From Hadesarchaea archaeon (lineage in GTDB: Archaea; Hadarchaeota; Hadarchaeia; Hadarchaeales; Hadarchaeaceae), in contig JAPDJH010000004.1 in the NCBI GenBank assembly GCA_029259175.1, forward strand, positions 96,001-160,000: a stretch of 64,000 bases of DNA, written 5' to 3'. Shown piece after piece: positions 11,429 to 21,229 of this stretch. The first letter of the stretch is position 1; each line of letters opens with the position of its first letter. The notes beneath the pieces are model-generated. The model did not search any database, was not told where the DNA came from, and was given only the letters and a program-made list of their open reading frames with translations. A program made the translations under genes and the position numbers.

Positions 11429-11764
11429 CTATCTGCGGCCCTTCTCCCGCCTGCTCTTGGAGGACAGCTCACGGAGGATCCGCTCGCCCTTCTCGGTCAA
11501 CATGTACTTGGAGGTCTGCTTACTCCTCCGCTCGAGGAGCCTGTCCACTAACCCCGCGGAGTAGAGGACGCCGACGTGGTAGGCGAGCAGCCCCCGCTCA
11601 ATCCCCAGCTTCCTGGCAAGGTCGTTGAAGTAGACGCCCTGCTCTCTCGCTATCTCGACGAACGCCCGCAGCCTGTGGGGGTTGTCCAGCGCCCGGTAGG
11701 CCATCAGCTTCTCGCGTACCTTCCGCAGATCCATCCTCACCGCCGTTTGAATGTTGTTTTTCAA
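11429..11764 (-). CDS. ArsR-like winged HTH transcriptional regulator
   Basis: ALDNPHRL...FNDLARKL...YHVGVLYSAGLV...YMLTEKG. Confidence 0.8.
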   Translation of the reverse strand: MKNNIQTAVRMDLRKVREKLMAYRALDNPHRLRAFVEIAREQGVYFNDLARKLGIERGLLAYHVGVLYSAGLVDRLLERRSKQTSKYMLTEKGERILRELSSKSRREKGRR

Positions 11765-11835
11765 ATATATAAATCTTTATCTGGTAAACTTTTCTTTATC
11801 TAAAGCCTTCCACTGCTTATACCGTCGCGCCAGTT

Positions 11836-12327
11836 TCAAACGACCTCCTCGACGGGAAGGAACCCGCGCTCGCCGAACCTCCCGTACGGGTACACGTGAC
11901 CGTGCACCGCGAGATGGATGAGGTAAACGTCGGTCAAGTAGCTGCGGGAGCGCCCGTGCAACGGGTGGTGCCGGTGGTGGACGAGGACCCTCAGCTTCGG
12001 GGCGATCCCCTCGTCCATGTGGAACTGCCCAAACTCCGTCGCGGAGCCCCACGACTCTACGTTGACGAACACTAGCTCCACGTCCCCGCGCCGTAGCATG
12101 CTCCGCTCGGCGAGGTCGGGTGCGATGTGGGGAGGGAAGTCGTCCTCGGGCACGAGGGCGATAATGCCCTCCCTCCTGAGTCTGCGCTTTATCCTGCGCC
12201 TCAGCTCGAGCCCGCGCCTGCCCGCCCCGAGAAGGACGACGATCAGGGAGGTCTCGTGGTACCTGCGCCTGAATTCCTCCTCGAGTTCGACGATCATCCT
12301 CCTGCTTATCGACATTCGAAAGAACAC
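11836..12327 (-). CDS. Nucleoside deoxyribosyltransferase (NDT)-like fold protein
   Basis: VVLLG...LVPEDDF...E...D.ELVFVNVESWGSATEFG pattern resembles NDT-like/retron-effector proteins. Confidence 0.5.
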   Translation of the reverse strand: MFFRMSISRRMIVELEEEFRRRYHETSLIVVLLGAGRRGLELRRRIKRRLRREGIIALVPEDDFPPHIAPDLAERSMLRRGDVELVFVNVESWGSATEFGQFHMDEGIAPKLRVLVHHRHHPLHGRSRSYLTDVYLIHLAVHGHVYPYGRFGERGFLPVEEVV

Positions 12328-12489
12328 CGTGGCGACTACAATTAAATTTTCCGTTAATTACGATCAGCACCTCCTTGGATTTCTCACGGGATCCACAAAC
12401 TCGTAAAACGAATCGCCGACCTCATACATATCATTTCCACGCCACAAAAGTCACAACCAGCAGTCTTCAGTTTTCGGCGAATGTTGGAT

Positions 12490-12700
12490 TCGTAAGCCGC
12501 GCCGCGGAAATAGATCGAGGTGATGTCGTAAAAGACTGAGGAGCCTAAGCGCTTCAGCTCCAGTATAGGCCGAACTCGAGCCTGTAGGTCTCGTCTTCCG
12601 TGAGGCCGAGCGACTCGTAGAGCCTCCGATGCCGAGAGTCCACCGAAGCACGCACCCAATCCAAAGCGGTGGAAGTTCTTGACCATCTGGCTCAGGCTCG
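12490..12700 (-). pseudogene. Transposase fragment (IS1634-like)
   Basis: VFYDITSIYFRG resembles the first DDE motif (FYDxTSxYFEG) of IS1634; rest degraded; boundaries approximate. Confidence 0.45.
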
Positions 12701-12727
12701 AGAACCTCAGCAAGCTGGCGAAACAAA

Positions 12728-12800
12728 TGGGCCCGGTGGGATTCGAACCCACGCTCTCCACCTCGTAAGGGTGGCGTCATAACCGCTAGACCACGGGCCC
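12728..12800 (-). tRNA. tRNA-Val(TAC)
   Basis: GGGCCCG acceptor, CCACC-CT TAC GA-GGTGG anticodon arm, GGTTCGAATCC T arm. Confidence 0.96.
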
Positions 12801-12843
12801 GCTCCTCTTTAGCTCTCGTGTCAAAAAATCCTTTCTCATATTC

Positions 12844-13998
12844 TTAACCCACGACCATGATGATTTCCAGAACAACGATGGCCAGTATCAGCGCCAGCAT
12901 AGCGGTCTCCAAAAAATTGGAGCGCTGGACGTCTATCCGCGTCATCACCATGGTGTAGAGCTGCTGTAAGCGCTCTAATTTTTCGTTTACCAGCGCAAGC
13001 CAGTCCGAAATGCGCATCCGCTCGCTCGTGAGCCGGTAAAGCTTTCCCAAGTACCATTCGCCCGTAAGCTTTCCGATATTGCGAGCGTCTTCGATGAGAT
13101 CCATTACATCTATGCGGAACTCCGTCAGATCACCGAGTACGCGGGAGAGTTCGCGGTACTGGCGTCGTGTTAGCCACCACCGTAGCCCCGGGCCTTTGAG
13201 CACTTGGCGAAGGGTTGTGTACGCCCTCGAGATCTGCTGGTCGAGCAGGCGATCGTAGGTTTTGAGCTCAAGGAGCTGCACGAGGGCGAACTCGATTATG
13301 CGAACCAAGTCGTCCATATACTCAACAGCGCCGCTGATGAGAGCGGCATACCAGTCGACGATAACGATGTCCTCGGTGGAATAGCTAAGATAGAGCTTGA
13401 GAGCGTCCTCGATCTCTCGGACGTTCAAGACGCGCCACTCGAGTTCGCCACGGAGCACGCCCGTAGTCTGTTTTGCATAGTTCGTCCGGAAGTCCTCTGC
13501 GCTCAAGCGTGGTTCTGAATCGGTGATGAGAACCAAGCTGTAGATCTGTGGCTGTTCGAACGATGGATAAGGAAACAGGATGGCAGACGAGATGGTTTCG
13601 CGCAGTTTTCGGAAGTAGTCGAGCGGGATATCATCAAACACAATTTCGCCGCTCTCCACGCGAACGGTGTTTTCGTTCAAACGCACGAGCTTGATGAGAT
13701 CATCGAAAGTAATTTTTTGAAAATCGATGGAAATATACACTCCTATCACGCCGATGGGAAAAATGCGCCCCTCGATTGTCGCTTGGTGTCCATCGATCCG
13801 CATCGCTCCCAGCTGAACCTCGAGTGGATTCATCCCGTATTCCTCATATTTGGGCGCGAGAACGCGGTCTCCCTTTTGTCGAGGACGCTCTATGAGAGTG
13901 AGCTGGGATTTCGGAACACGATCAAGGTCGATATCCCCGCCCACATCGTAGAGATACTGGAAGATGACACGTCCGGTAAGCAAAGGCTCGTCCGGCAT
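12844..13998 (-). CDS. Hypothetical membrane protein (RMD1/CorA-like architecture)
   Basis: YLYDVG start, long helical region, C-terminal LE...TM helix. Confidence 0.55.
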   Translation of the reverse strand: MPDEPLLTGRVIFQYLYDVGGDIDLDRVPKSQLTLIERPRQKGDRVLAPKYEEYGMNPLEVQLGAMRIDGHQATIEGRIFPIGVIGVYISIDFQKITFDDLIKLVRLNENTVRVESGEIVFDDIPLDYFRKLRETISSAILFPYPSFEQPQIYSLVLITDSEPRLSAEDFRTNYAKQTTGVLRGELEWRVLNVREIEDALKLYLSYSTEDIVIVDWYAALISGAVEYMDDLVRIIEFALVQLLELKTYDRLLDQQISRAYTTLRQVLKGPGLRWWLTRRQYRELSRVLGDLTEFRIDVMDLIEDARNIGKLTGEWYLGKLYRLTSERMRISDWLALVNEKLERLQQLYTMVMTRIDVQRSNFLETAMLALILAIVVLEIIMVVG

Positions 13999-14073
13999 AG
14001 GGCTCCAAATTACTCTATGTCTGATCAGTTTAACCTTTGCAAGAGGGGCTGAAAAAAGCCGCTTTTCCCATAT

Positions 14074-14625
14074 TCAGAACAGGACGATCGTTTGGGCCAG
14101 CAAGAAGGACAGAACCCCCAAGATATCAGCGATGGACGTTAGCAGTGGGCCCACGATGTTATCCGGATCGAGACCCCGCATGTATGAGAAGATGGCGATA
14201 AAAGTGGAGCTGAGGATCACCAGTGGTGTCAGGATGAGTCCAGTCAAGAAGAAAGTCGCGGCGAATGCCACCGGGTTGGCTAGGCCGCGCGCCCAAGCCC
14301 ATCCCCCGATCACCACCGAGATGACGAAGAAGGACGTGATTCCCGACTTTACAGAGTCGAGCATTCTCTCGCCGAGCGCGTGCTGTTTTTTGAGAGCGGG
14401 CTTCACTATTCCGAGGTGAAGGGCGGAGCCAAGTCTTGCACCCAGAATGCTCCCCACATTGCCCGCCATGCCGTTTATCGGAGGAATGAGCGCGAGAACA
14501 GCCGGGAGCATCACCATGCGCTCTAGATTCATCTGTAAAAACATGCCAGCGAAAATGGATAGGACGGCGCTGAGCAGGAGAGCGAGGGTGTTCTCCTTCA
14601 CGATTTTGCTAACGGACCCTACCAT
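14074..14625 (-). CDS. MgtE-family divalent cation transporter (membrane domain)
   Basis: GNVGSILGARL, GLDPDN..GPLLTSIAD. Confidence 0.85.
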   Translation of the reverse strand: MVGSVSKIVKENTLALLLSAVLSIFAGMFLQMNLERMVMLPAVLALIPPINGMAGNVGSILGARLGSALHLGIVKPALKKQHALGERMLDSVKSGITSFFVISVVIGGWAWARGLANPVAFAATFFLTGLILTPLVILSSTFIAIFSYMRGLDPDNIVGPLLTSIADILGVLSFLLAQTIVLF

Positions 14626-15182
14626 CCCAACCACCCCACAAGCACAACCGCCAAGAAGATACACAGAATTGCAACGATGTCTCCCAGCGTTGTCATGAGC
14701 GGTGCTGTGACATTATCTGGATCCCACCGTCTGCGGTAGGCGACTATGGCGATGATCACCGTGATGGGAATCAAGATCAAGCCGGAGAGAATCCCAGCAA
14801 ACAGGGCGATGAAAACGAAAATGTAGGGAGGCCCCACCGCTTGATTGGCGAGAACACCGATCGTGAAAGAAAGAATTCCAACGGCGAAGGACGCCAGCAC
14901 GCTCACGATGATGGCTGATAGCACGTTGATTTTTAGTTCGTGGGTGATCGCGAGACGGGGCTTGATAGTCCCGAGATGTAGAGCCGTCCCTAGCCTCGAA
15001 CCCAGCGCGCATCCGATGTTGCCACGCATGTCGATGAGCGGGGGCACCAGAATGATGAGCCCAGGGAGGGCCTCCAGGCTATGCCTCATGTGTTCCAGCA
15101 CAGACCCTGCAGTGAGGTCTAGCAGAGCGCACGCAGAAAGAATGACGACTTGCTGGAAGAAGATCGATCTCTGGCCGCTCAT
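14619..15182 (-). CDS. MgtE-family divalent cation transporter (membrane domain)
   Basis: RGNIGCALGSRL, WDPDNVTAPLMTTLGD. Confidence 0.85.
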   Translation of the reverse strand: MSGQRSIFFQQVVILSACALLDLTAGSVLEHMRHSLEALPGLIILVPPLIDMRGNIGCALGSRLGTALHLGTIKPRLAITHELKINVLSAIIVSVLASFAVGILSFTIGVLANQAVGPPYIFVFIALFAGILSGLILIPITVIIAIVAYRRRWDPDNVTAPLMTTLGDIVAILCIFLAVVLVGWLGW

Positions 15183-15231
15183 CCTACAATTTTCTTCTGT
15201 GAACCATATATAGAGAAGCGGATTTCCCGGG

Positions 15232-15335
15232 TGGCGCCGGGGGCGGGATTTGAACCCGCGAGGCGCAACGCGCCACAGGGTTTTCGCGGCACTGCCTTAG
15301 CAACCCTGCGCCCTACCTGGCTAGGCTACCCCGGC
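15232..15335 (-). tRNA. tRNA-Ser(GCT) with 16-nt canonical 37/38 intron (15282-15297), encoded CCA
   Basis: GCCGGGG acceptor, long variable arm; BHB formed by TTGC/GCGA helix with two 3-nt bulges. Confidence 0.93.
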
Positions 15336-15392
15336 CCCGTTAGAACTACGGCTCGCTCGCTTTTTACCTTAACCCGGCCCCGCGCTCGTTCA

Positions 15393-15566
15393 CTAAATTT
15401 CTCCTCTCCTGAACTTTTCCACAAGCCGCTTTTTCTCTGGCGAGAGCGCCTTCCATAAGAAACGGTTGATCTCCTCCAGCCACTCCAATTTCTGTTTGGC
15501 CGAGAGCCTCGCATATTTTTTCAAAACCTCGGTGCCGGGATAGTGCTCAAACCCCTTTCTGCGCAC
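15393..15566 (-). CDS. Small protein (57 aa), probable partner of the adjacent nucleotidyltransferase
   Basis: Manual translation MRRKGFEHYPGTEVLKKYARLSAKQKLEWLEEINRFLWKALSPEKKRLVEKFRRGEI; starts 2 nt after the upstream stop. Confidence 0.65.
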   Translation of the reverse strand: MRRKGFEHYPGTEVLKKYARLSAKQKLEWLEEINRFLWKALSPEKKRLVEKFRRGEI

Positions 15567-15568
15567 GT

Positions 15569-16060
15569 CTAGCCCCCCCTCAGCTTGATCAGTTTTTGCA
15601 GGGCTTTGACATCGGCTAGATCCTGCAACCGCTTGGAACGCCGCTTCAGTGTTATCAGGTGGTCAAGGGAAATAAGAGGAATTCTCAGATCTCCTGCTTT
15701 TACGAGTTTCTTCTCTCGAAGCACCCGTGTCATATCTAAAGAGTGTTCTAGAATCACATCCACCTCCTCATAGGGCACCTTGGGGTTTCGGAAAGTGATG
15801 GCCCTCATGTGCTTCTCTTTCTTCCACCGTTGCAAATTTTCGAGTGTTAGACTCTCCCATCCGACCGGAATCCGCGGCAAATATCCTACTTTTCTCATTA
15901 CATTCACTAGCTTGCGCACGTTAGAGGGGCTCATTTCGATCAGGAGATCTAGGTCGGCGGTTGCCCGGGGGACTCCATGCAAGTTGACAGCTATTCCTCC
16001 GGCAACAACGTAGCGAACTCCCGCTCGGTTCAGCTCTTTTAGGATTTTTTCGTAGAACAC
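15569..16060 (-). CDS. Nucleotidyltransferase family protein
   Basis: YVVAGGIAVNLHG.PRAT.DLDL motif, R.QD.AD C-terminus; true start GTG at 16060 (the ORF-track extension lies in the SRP RNA). Confidence 0.8.
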   Translation of the reverse strand: MFYEKILKELNRAGVRYVVAGGIAVNLHGVPRATADLDLLIEMSPSNVRKLVNVMRKVGYLPRIPVGWESLTLENLQRWKKEKHMRAITFRNPKVPYEEVDVILEHSLDMTRVLREKKLVKAGDLRIPLISLDHLITLKRRSKRLQDLADVKALQKLIKLRGG

Positions 16061-16100
16061 CGTTTCACCGACGGTATGGGCAGGTATAACTTTTTTGAGT

Positions 16101-16416
16101 GGCGGTGGGCGTGCCCAGGGTGGACGCCTTCCCCGCACGCCGTTTGCTGGTTCCGGACTCAATCCCGTTGACTGCCAGCACCGGACGTCCTGGCTACCCT
16201 TGCTCCCTTCCGGGCCTGGGGGATTCACCAGGTAAAGGCGGTTAGCCCACGACCCTCCGGCCGGGGCCCCGCCACCGCCGGCCCAGCAGGACGAGACCTC
16301 ATCGGCGGAGACCAGCGCGTGCGTGCGGTTCCAGCGCCGCCCCCGAGCTCTCGGCCCGGCATAAGGCGGATTTCCGGTTAACAGGGGACCGCCAGCCCCC
16401 CGCCTAGCCCACCGCC
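16101..16416 (-). ncRNA. ffs: Archaeal SRP (7S) RNA
   Basis: Complementary ends GGCGGTGGGC/GCCCACCGCC; helix 8 CCAGGCCCGGAAGGGAGCA; ~316 nt, GC-rich. Confidence 0.93.
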
Positions 16417-16669
16417 ACTCTAACTTTGGTCGAGATTCCTAAAACCATAGCGGTCGAATCGTGCGGCGCCGCTGTGTGGGCTCCGCGACCCAAATGAGGT
16501 TCTCGGGGTCTGCCTTCACCAATTGGATCAACAGGGTGAAACAAAAACATAAAGAACGCAATATTTTAGCGAAACGGAGACCCAGTCGATTCTTTTGTGT
16601 ATCGACAAACATTTCATTTATGCGCCCAGTACGATTCAACTTTGTTTTACTCTGGCATACTTTTTTATA

Positions 16670-16689
16670 CAAGTAAAACCAAGTAAAAC
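16670..16689 (+). promoter_or_regulatory. Tandem CAAGTAAAAC repeat, probable operator of the AbrB-VapC pair
   Basis: Two perfect 10-bp copies directly after a TTTTATA box and before GGAGG-ATG. Confidence 0.45.
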
Positions 16690-16701
16690 TATAGGAGGCC
16701 C

Positions 16702-16926
16702 ATGAAACGATTTGAGGTAAAAGTTAGCTCCAAGGGACAGTTGGTAATTCCCAAGGAGCTCAGAAAAAAGTATAAGATCAAACCAACATCCACGGTGGTG
16801 CTTCAAGAAGAAGAGGGCGGAATCAAAATCCTCGCCCCCGTGAACCTCGCAGACGTGTGTGGCAGCCTGCAAATCGACCGCAAGTGGGCAAAAAAGGCAA
16901 TAGAGAGGGATAGATCTGAATGGTGA
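16702..16926 (+). CDS. AbrB/MazE-family antitoxin
   Basis: VSSKGQLVIPKELRKK. Confidence 0.9.
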   Translation: MKRFEVKVSSKGQLVIPKELRKKYKIKPTSTVVLQEEEGGIKILAPVNLADVCGSLQIDRKWAKKAIERDRSEW

Positions 16927-17327
16927 AGATTTTACTTGACACAATGGCACTGATCGACATCTTGACAGACAGGCGCTTCAAGCGGCTGGCATCCTTCATA
17001 GACCAGGAGAAAATCCAAGCGGTGATTTCGACGATAAGCCTGACCGAGATTTTCAAAGTTGTAGGATCGAAAGACGAAATAAAAGCGAAAACACTGATCG
17101 ACTGGATTGTCGCCTCGAGGCTGGAGAAGAGAAGTGTCGACGTTTCGGTAGCGAAAAAGGCAGGAGAGCTCAAACTGCACTATAATTTGCCAACTGCCGA
17201 TGCCCTCATCGCCGCAACCGGAATTGTGAGTGGAGCTACTCACGTTGTGACGGAGGACGTTCATTTTCAAAGCGTGAAGTCCCTCATCAAACCCATTGGA
17301 TTGAAACAAGCGGAGCGAATGGTTTAA
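16920..17327 (+). CDS. PIN-domain (VapC) toxin
   Basis: LLDT, E, ADALIAAT, VTED..F. Confidence 0.9.
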   Translation: MVKILLDTMALIDILTDRRFKRLASFIDQEKIQAVISTISLTEIFKVVGSKDEIKAKTLIDWIVASRLEKRSVDVSVAKKAGELKLHYNLPTADALIAATGIVSGATHVVTEDVHFQSVKSLIKPIGLKQAERMV

Positions 17328-17447
17328 GGAGAACTCCTCGAGGTTTGCGATATTGAACTTGCATCGAGAAATCAAATCATGAAGAGATGCCGGGCTGACT
17401 ACCTCATTTTCCGCACCCCTTTGATGTTCACGATCACGGTGGGTTGT

Positions 17448-18386
17448 TTAGGAACCAGCTCCTATGTCCAGTTCCCCTAGCAGTTCACAGGCTTTGCACA
17501 GATCGGAGGACGTCGGCTCTCCGCATACCCTGCAGGTCTTGGGTCTAAACTCGGGAACCGCGGAAACCAGAAACGGCCTCATCCGATCAAACATCCGTAA
17601 AATCATAAACTTAGAATTCGGGTGATTCTCTTCTAGCCAGTTGATAAAATCACGTATCTCGAGATGAATGCCACCACGGTAGGGACATTCGCTCCAATCT
17701 GCCTCTATTCCTTTCAACAAAGCATAGAGGGCGATCTCTTTCTCGGGGATTTCGCGCATGGGTTTAATCCTCGGGACAAATCCTTCACGCGGTTGATAGA
17801 CGGGACCAAGTCGGTAGAGCCGAGCCAAGTCGCTCCGCACGTAGTTGAGCATGATCGCTTGCACCTCATCGTCCAGATTGTGTGCCGTCGCGAGCTTTGA
17901 TGCGCCGGACTCGCGCGCCGCACGATTCAAGAGTGATCTCCTAAGAACCCCGCAGTACGTGCACGCTCCCAAACCGCTTCCCTTTTCTTTAGCACGGGCG
18001 AGTATCTCATCGAGTGTGGCACCGAAACTCTCTTTGAAACTAACAATTCGATGTTCTATCCCCAGCGCTTCAGCATTTTTTCTAGCAACCGGAATGCCTC
18101 TATTCCGATATCCTGCTATCCCCTCATCCACTGTTATGGCCACCAGCTCACACCGTTTGCTCCTGCAGTACTCGGCGAGCAAGTGCATACACACCACCGA
18201 GTCCTTTCCACCTGAAACCGCAACGGCAACGCGCTCCCCCGGTTTGATCATGTTGTGTTTCCGGATCGCGCGATAGAATCTCCGCTCAACACTTCGGGCC
18301 AAGCAACGATCACAGAGAAAGTCACCCGTATACCGCCGGTGATAAACGGCCCGCCTCCCGCACGCCGTGCACCGCATGTCAGCCAC
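17448..18386 (-). CDS. tRNA 2-thiolation enzyme (TtuA/Ncs6 family)
   Basis: Zn fingers at both ends, SGGKDS PP-loop, CTYCGVLRR, AHNLDD. Confidence 0.92.
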   Translation of the reverse strand: MADMRCTACGRRAVYHRRYTGDFLCDRCLARSVERRFYRAIRKHNMIKPGERVAVAVSGGKDSVVCMHLLAEYCRSKRCELVAITVDEGIAGYRNRGIPVARKNAEALGIEHRIVSFKESFGATLDEILARAKEKGSGLGACTYCGVLRRSLLNRAARESGASKLATAHNLDDEVQAIMLNYVRSDLARLYRLGPVYQPREGFVPRIKPMREIPEKEIALYALLKGIEADWSECPYRGGIHLEIRDFINWLEENHPNSKFMILRMFDRMRPFLVSAVPEFRPKTCRVCGEPTSSDLCKACELLGELDIGAGS

Positions 18387-18585
18387 CCGTAACCACGGGC
18401 AGGATGGTTATCTGAGCCCCCTCTCTCAATGGCTCCTCTTCGGGGACTACACGCCCGTCCATGAAAACCACAACGGTTTCACGGGAGATCTTCAACTCTT
18501 TGAGCAGGTCCCACACCGTCGCTCCAGAATCCATCTCTACCTCCCGCTGCTCTCCGCGTCCCTTGATTTCCACCCGCATCCTCAT
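18379..18585 (-). CDS. MoaD/ThiS (SAMP-like) sulfur carrier
   Basis: 68-aa ubiquitin-like protein ending VVTGG, coupled to the thiolation enzyme. Confidence 0.88.
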   Translation of the reverse strand: MRMRVEIKGRGEQREVEMDSGATVWDLLKELKISRETVVVFMDGRVVPEEEPLREGAQITILPVVTGG

Positions 18586-19829
18586 CTTACCATCCTCACA
18601 ACTCCCGGAACTATGTTCAGGATAAGCAGAATGAGCACCAGATATGAAGTCCACTTGACCACGCGCGATGCCCGGGCGCGTCCGACCCGGCGTTCGAGGG
18701 CCGCTTCCAACATATACCCTCCGTCCAGGGGCTTCGCGGGCAGGAGATTGAAGAGCCCCACCCCTAGATTCAGCGTGTAAAGCCACTGCAGCAGTCCAAT
18801 CCCCCACCACGGGATCAGCGAGTTGTACAGCACTGGAGTGAAGAAACCGCCTGTGAGCACCACGCTCAAAGCCATGTACAGCATGACCAGCGGATTCAGG
18901 AAGTAAGTCCTAGACCGGGCCGAAGCCGGGTAGATGCCGAACACTCCGTGGTTGTCGTCCGGAGCTTTCGCCAACGTTACCACGAATTCGCCTTCATCGG
19001 TGATTAGCTCAGCGTTTTCCCCTGCTACCGTGTTCTCCATTACCGCACGGTACTCCTCCAGCGAGTCCACCGGCACACCATTGACGGCTAGTATTCTGGC
19101 TCCGAGCAGATTTTCCGCGTAGTTCTCCAACGGGTAGTTCTCGGCCACTCCATACACGTACACCCCCGGCTTGGGCACGATAAAAACCAGCAAGAGAGCG
19201 AAAAAGACGAGGGAGATGAGCACGTTGCTCACAGGACCGGCAGCGAACATTCTAATGCGCTTGAGGGGTGTTGTTCGAGCAAGCTCTTTTTCATCGGGCT
19301 CCACAAATCCCCCCGGAATGAACAGGAAGAGGAGAAGCCCCACCGACTTGGTTTTCAAACCCTGAGCGTGCAACAGAAAGCCGTGGCAGAACTCGTGGAC
19401 TATCAACACGATTCCTATTACGACCAGCCACACTGGCAGGCTCAGTCCGGGCAGAATCCCCGGCAAAACGAATTTGACCCCTGGCAGAGCGATAGAGGGC
19501 CTCGTGTAAACGATTAGCGCATTCAAAGCGATGTTGAAAGTCACGAACACCATTAGAGCAAAACCCACAACAGCTGCGAACGTGCCGAACCGAATGAAAC
19601 CTCGCTTGAAGCGGGCGGCCGCGTTGTCTATGAAACCCAGACCCTTGCTGGTGCGCCACATAAGAACCGCTGGGTGAAGCGAGAACCCGCGTCTCTTGAG
19701 ATCGAAGAATCTCCACATCGCCAGCACGAGCGCCCAGATAACACCCACTATGAGCAAGAAGAGGATAAAATCATTCAGGCTTGCACGAGGTGCCCAAGCA
19801 GCCCCCGCTACGAGGAGGAGCCCATTCAT
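18582..19829 (-). CDS. Site-2 protease (M50) with PDZ domain
   Basis: HEFCH, AAGPVSN, FNLLPAKPLDGG. Confidence 0.92.
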   Translation of the reverse strand: MNGLLLVAGAAWAPRASLNDFILFLLIVGVIWALVLAMWRFFDLKRRGFSLHPAVLMWRTSKGLGFIDNAAARFKRGFIRFGTFAAVVGFALMVFVTFNIALNALIVYTRPSIALPGVKFVLPGILPGLSLPVWLVVIGIVLIVHEFCHGFLLHAQGLKTKSVGLLLFLFIPGGFVEPDEKELARTTPLKRIRMFAAGPVSNVLISLVFFALLLVFIVPKPGVYVYGVAENYPLENYAENLLGARILAVNGVPVDSLEEYRAVMENTVAGENAELITDEGEFVVTLAKAPDDNHGVFGIYPASARSRTYFLNPLVMLYMALSVVLTGGFFTPVLYNSLIPWWGIGLLQWLYTLNLGVGLFNLLPAKPLDGGYMLEAALERRVGRARASRVVKWTSYLVLILLILNIVPGVVRMVR

Positions 19830-19896
19830 GCGTGCACGAGTTTACTCGGGTCTCGTCGTTTAAGTGCTTTTAAGGGCCGGTGCGGAGAGGTGAAAG

Positions 19897-20451
19897 GTGG
19901 TGAGCAGAATGGTGAAGATACCTCTCGCCAATGCATACAAGTTCCTCGCTCCGAGACCCATCGTGCTGATAACCACCGTGGACAAGCAGGGACGCATAAA
20001 CGCGGCTCCCATGTCGTGGGTCACTCCCGTTGAATCGGAGCCGCCCATCATCGCGTTTTCGACCAGCTATGACTCGGACACTTATCACAACATCATGGAG
20101 ACGAGGGAATTCGTGATCAACCTTGTCCCAGCGGAGATCCGGAAGCAGATGTGGATCTGCGGTAAGAGCTTTCCGCGCGGAGTCAACGAGCTAGAGCGTG
20201 CCGGTCTCGGCTGGGAGCCCTCGGAGCAAGTAAAACCGCCACGTGTACGCGAATGCCCGGTGAACTTTGAGTGCAAGTTCGAGTGGATGTATGAGGGGCC
20301 GGAGTACGTGGTGATCGCCGGACGGGTGCTGGTCACCCACGCCAGAAAGGACGCGGTAAAGCAGGGATTGCTAAACGTGGAGGCGGTCAAGCCTCTGCTC
20401 CATCTCTCGGGGCGCAACTTCGTGATTGGAGATCACCGAGCGGGTCTGTAG
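19897..20451 (+). CDS. Flavin reductase-like protein
   Basis: PRPIVLITT...NAAPMSW...PPRVRECPVNFEC. Confidence 0.88.
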   Translation: MVSRMVKIPLANAYKFLAPRPIVLITTVDKQGRINAAPMSWVTPVESEPPIIAFSTSYDSDTYHNIMETREFVINLVPAEIRKQMWICGKSFPRGVNELERAGLGWEPSEQVKPPRVRECPVNFECKFEWMYEGPEYVVIAGRVLVTHARKDAVKQGLLNVEAVKPLLHLSGRNFVIGDHRAGL

Positions 20452-21150
20452 ATGGTGACGCCTGCCAGAGTGGGTGACGAACGAGAAATCGTGTATGACG
20501 AAGAACGCTGGAGTCTGTTTCGTGCGCTCCGAGATAGGGCACGTCAGATTATGGAGGTACTGCGCGAGTTTGATCCGGTCGTCCATGGAAGCGTCGCGCG
20601 GGGCGATGTGGACAAAGACAGCGACATCGACGTTTTCATACCTCGAGTCGTGCCCTCCTACAGGATCGAACTGACTCTGCAGCGTGAGTTCGGAATCCAG
20701 CGTCGAGAACTAGTGATGGCCACTCCTTGGCAGCTTCCCAAAGCACACGTCTATTTGGATGAAAAGTGTTCCGTCACCTTTCCAATGGTGAAGCCCCGGC
20801 AAACCGAGCTCGAGTTTTATTATTTCGGTGGAGCGGCAGATCTGTCAGCTGTTGCGGAGGGAAAGCGAGTGCCCGGGGTCGACAAGAGGCTGATGCTCAT
20901 CCTTCCAACACCAGAAGGGCATGTGGAGCGTTCGATAATCGGGCAGGAGTCCGAAGTGGCGAAGATATTGGGGATTAGCATCGAAATCGTACGAGAGCGA
21001 ATTCAAGTCCTCAGCCGAAGAGCGGAGATCGGCCACACCGGTTTGTTCATTCAGCGGGAGCTCGGGACAACCGAGAGTTTTGAAGAAGTGTTCAAGTCGG
21101 AAATCTTAGAGAATCCAGCCGCTAGGCTTCGGCTAAAAGCTGGCGAATAA
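20452..21150 (+). CDS. Archaeal nucleotidyltransferase domain protein
   Basis: HGSVARGDVDKDSDID, RVPGVDKRL. Confidence 0.85.
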   Translation: MVTPARVGDEREIVYDEERWSLFRALRDRARQIMEVLREFDPVVHGSVARGDVDKDSDIDVFIPRVVPSYRIELTLQREFGIQRRELVMATPWQLPKAHVYLDEKCSVTFPMVKPRQTELEFYYFGGAADLSAVAEGKRVPGVDKRLMLILPTPEGHVERSIIGQESEVAKILGISIEIVRERIQVLSRRAEIGHTGLFIQRELGTTESFEEVFKSEILENPAARLRLKAGE

Positions 21151-21229
21151 CTGCTGGACACGAATTACTTTCAGTGCGGTTAGATAGGATTAACCTAGAT
21201 AACGCTGTTATAGGTATAGAGAAATCTGA

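Noticed and set aside
12384-12780. 125-aa and 109-aa ORFs
   Set aside because: They begin inside tRNA-Val and run through a degraded transposase, so they are not intact genes
16061-16228. N-terminal extension of the NTase ORF in the ORF track
   Set aside because: It lies within and just after the SRP RNA; the real start is GTG at 16060
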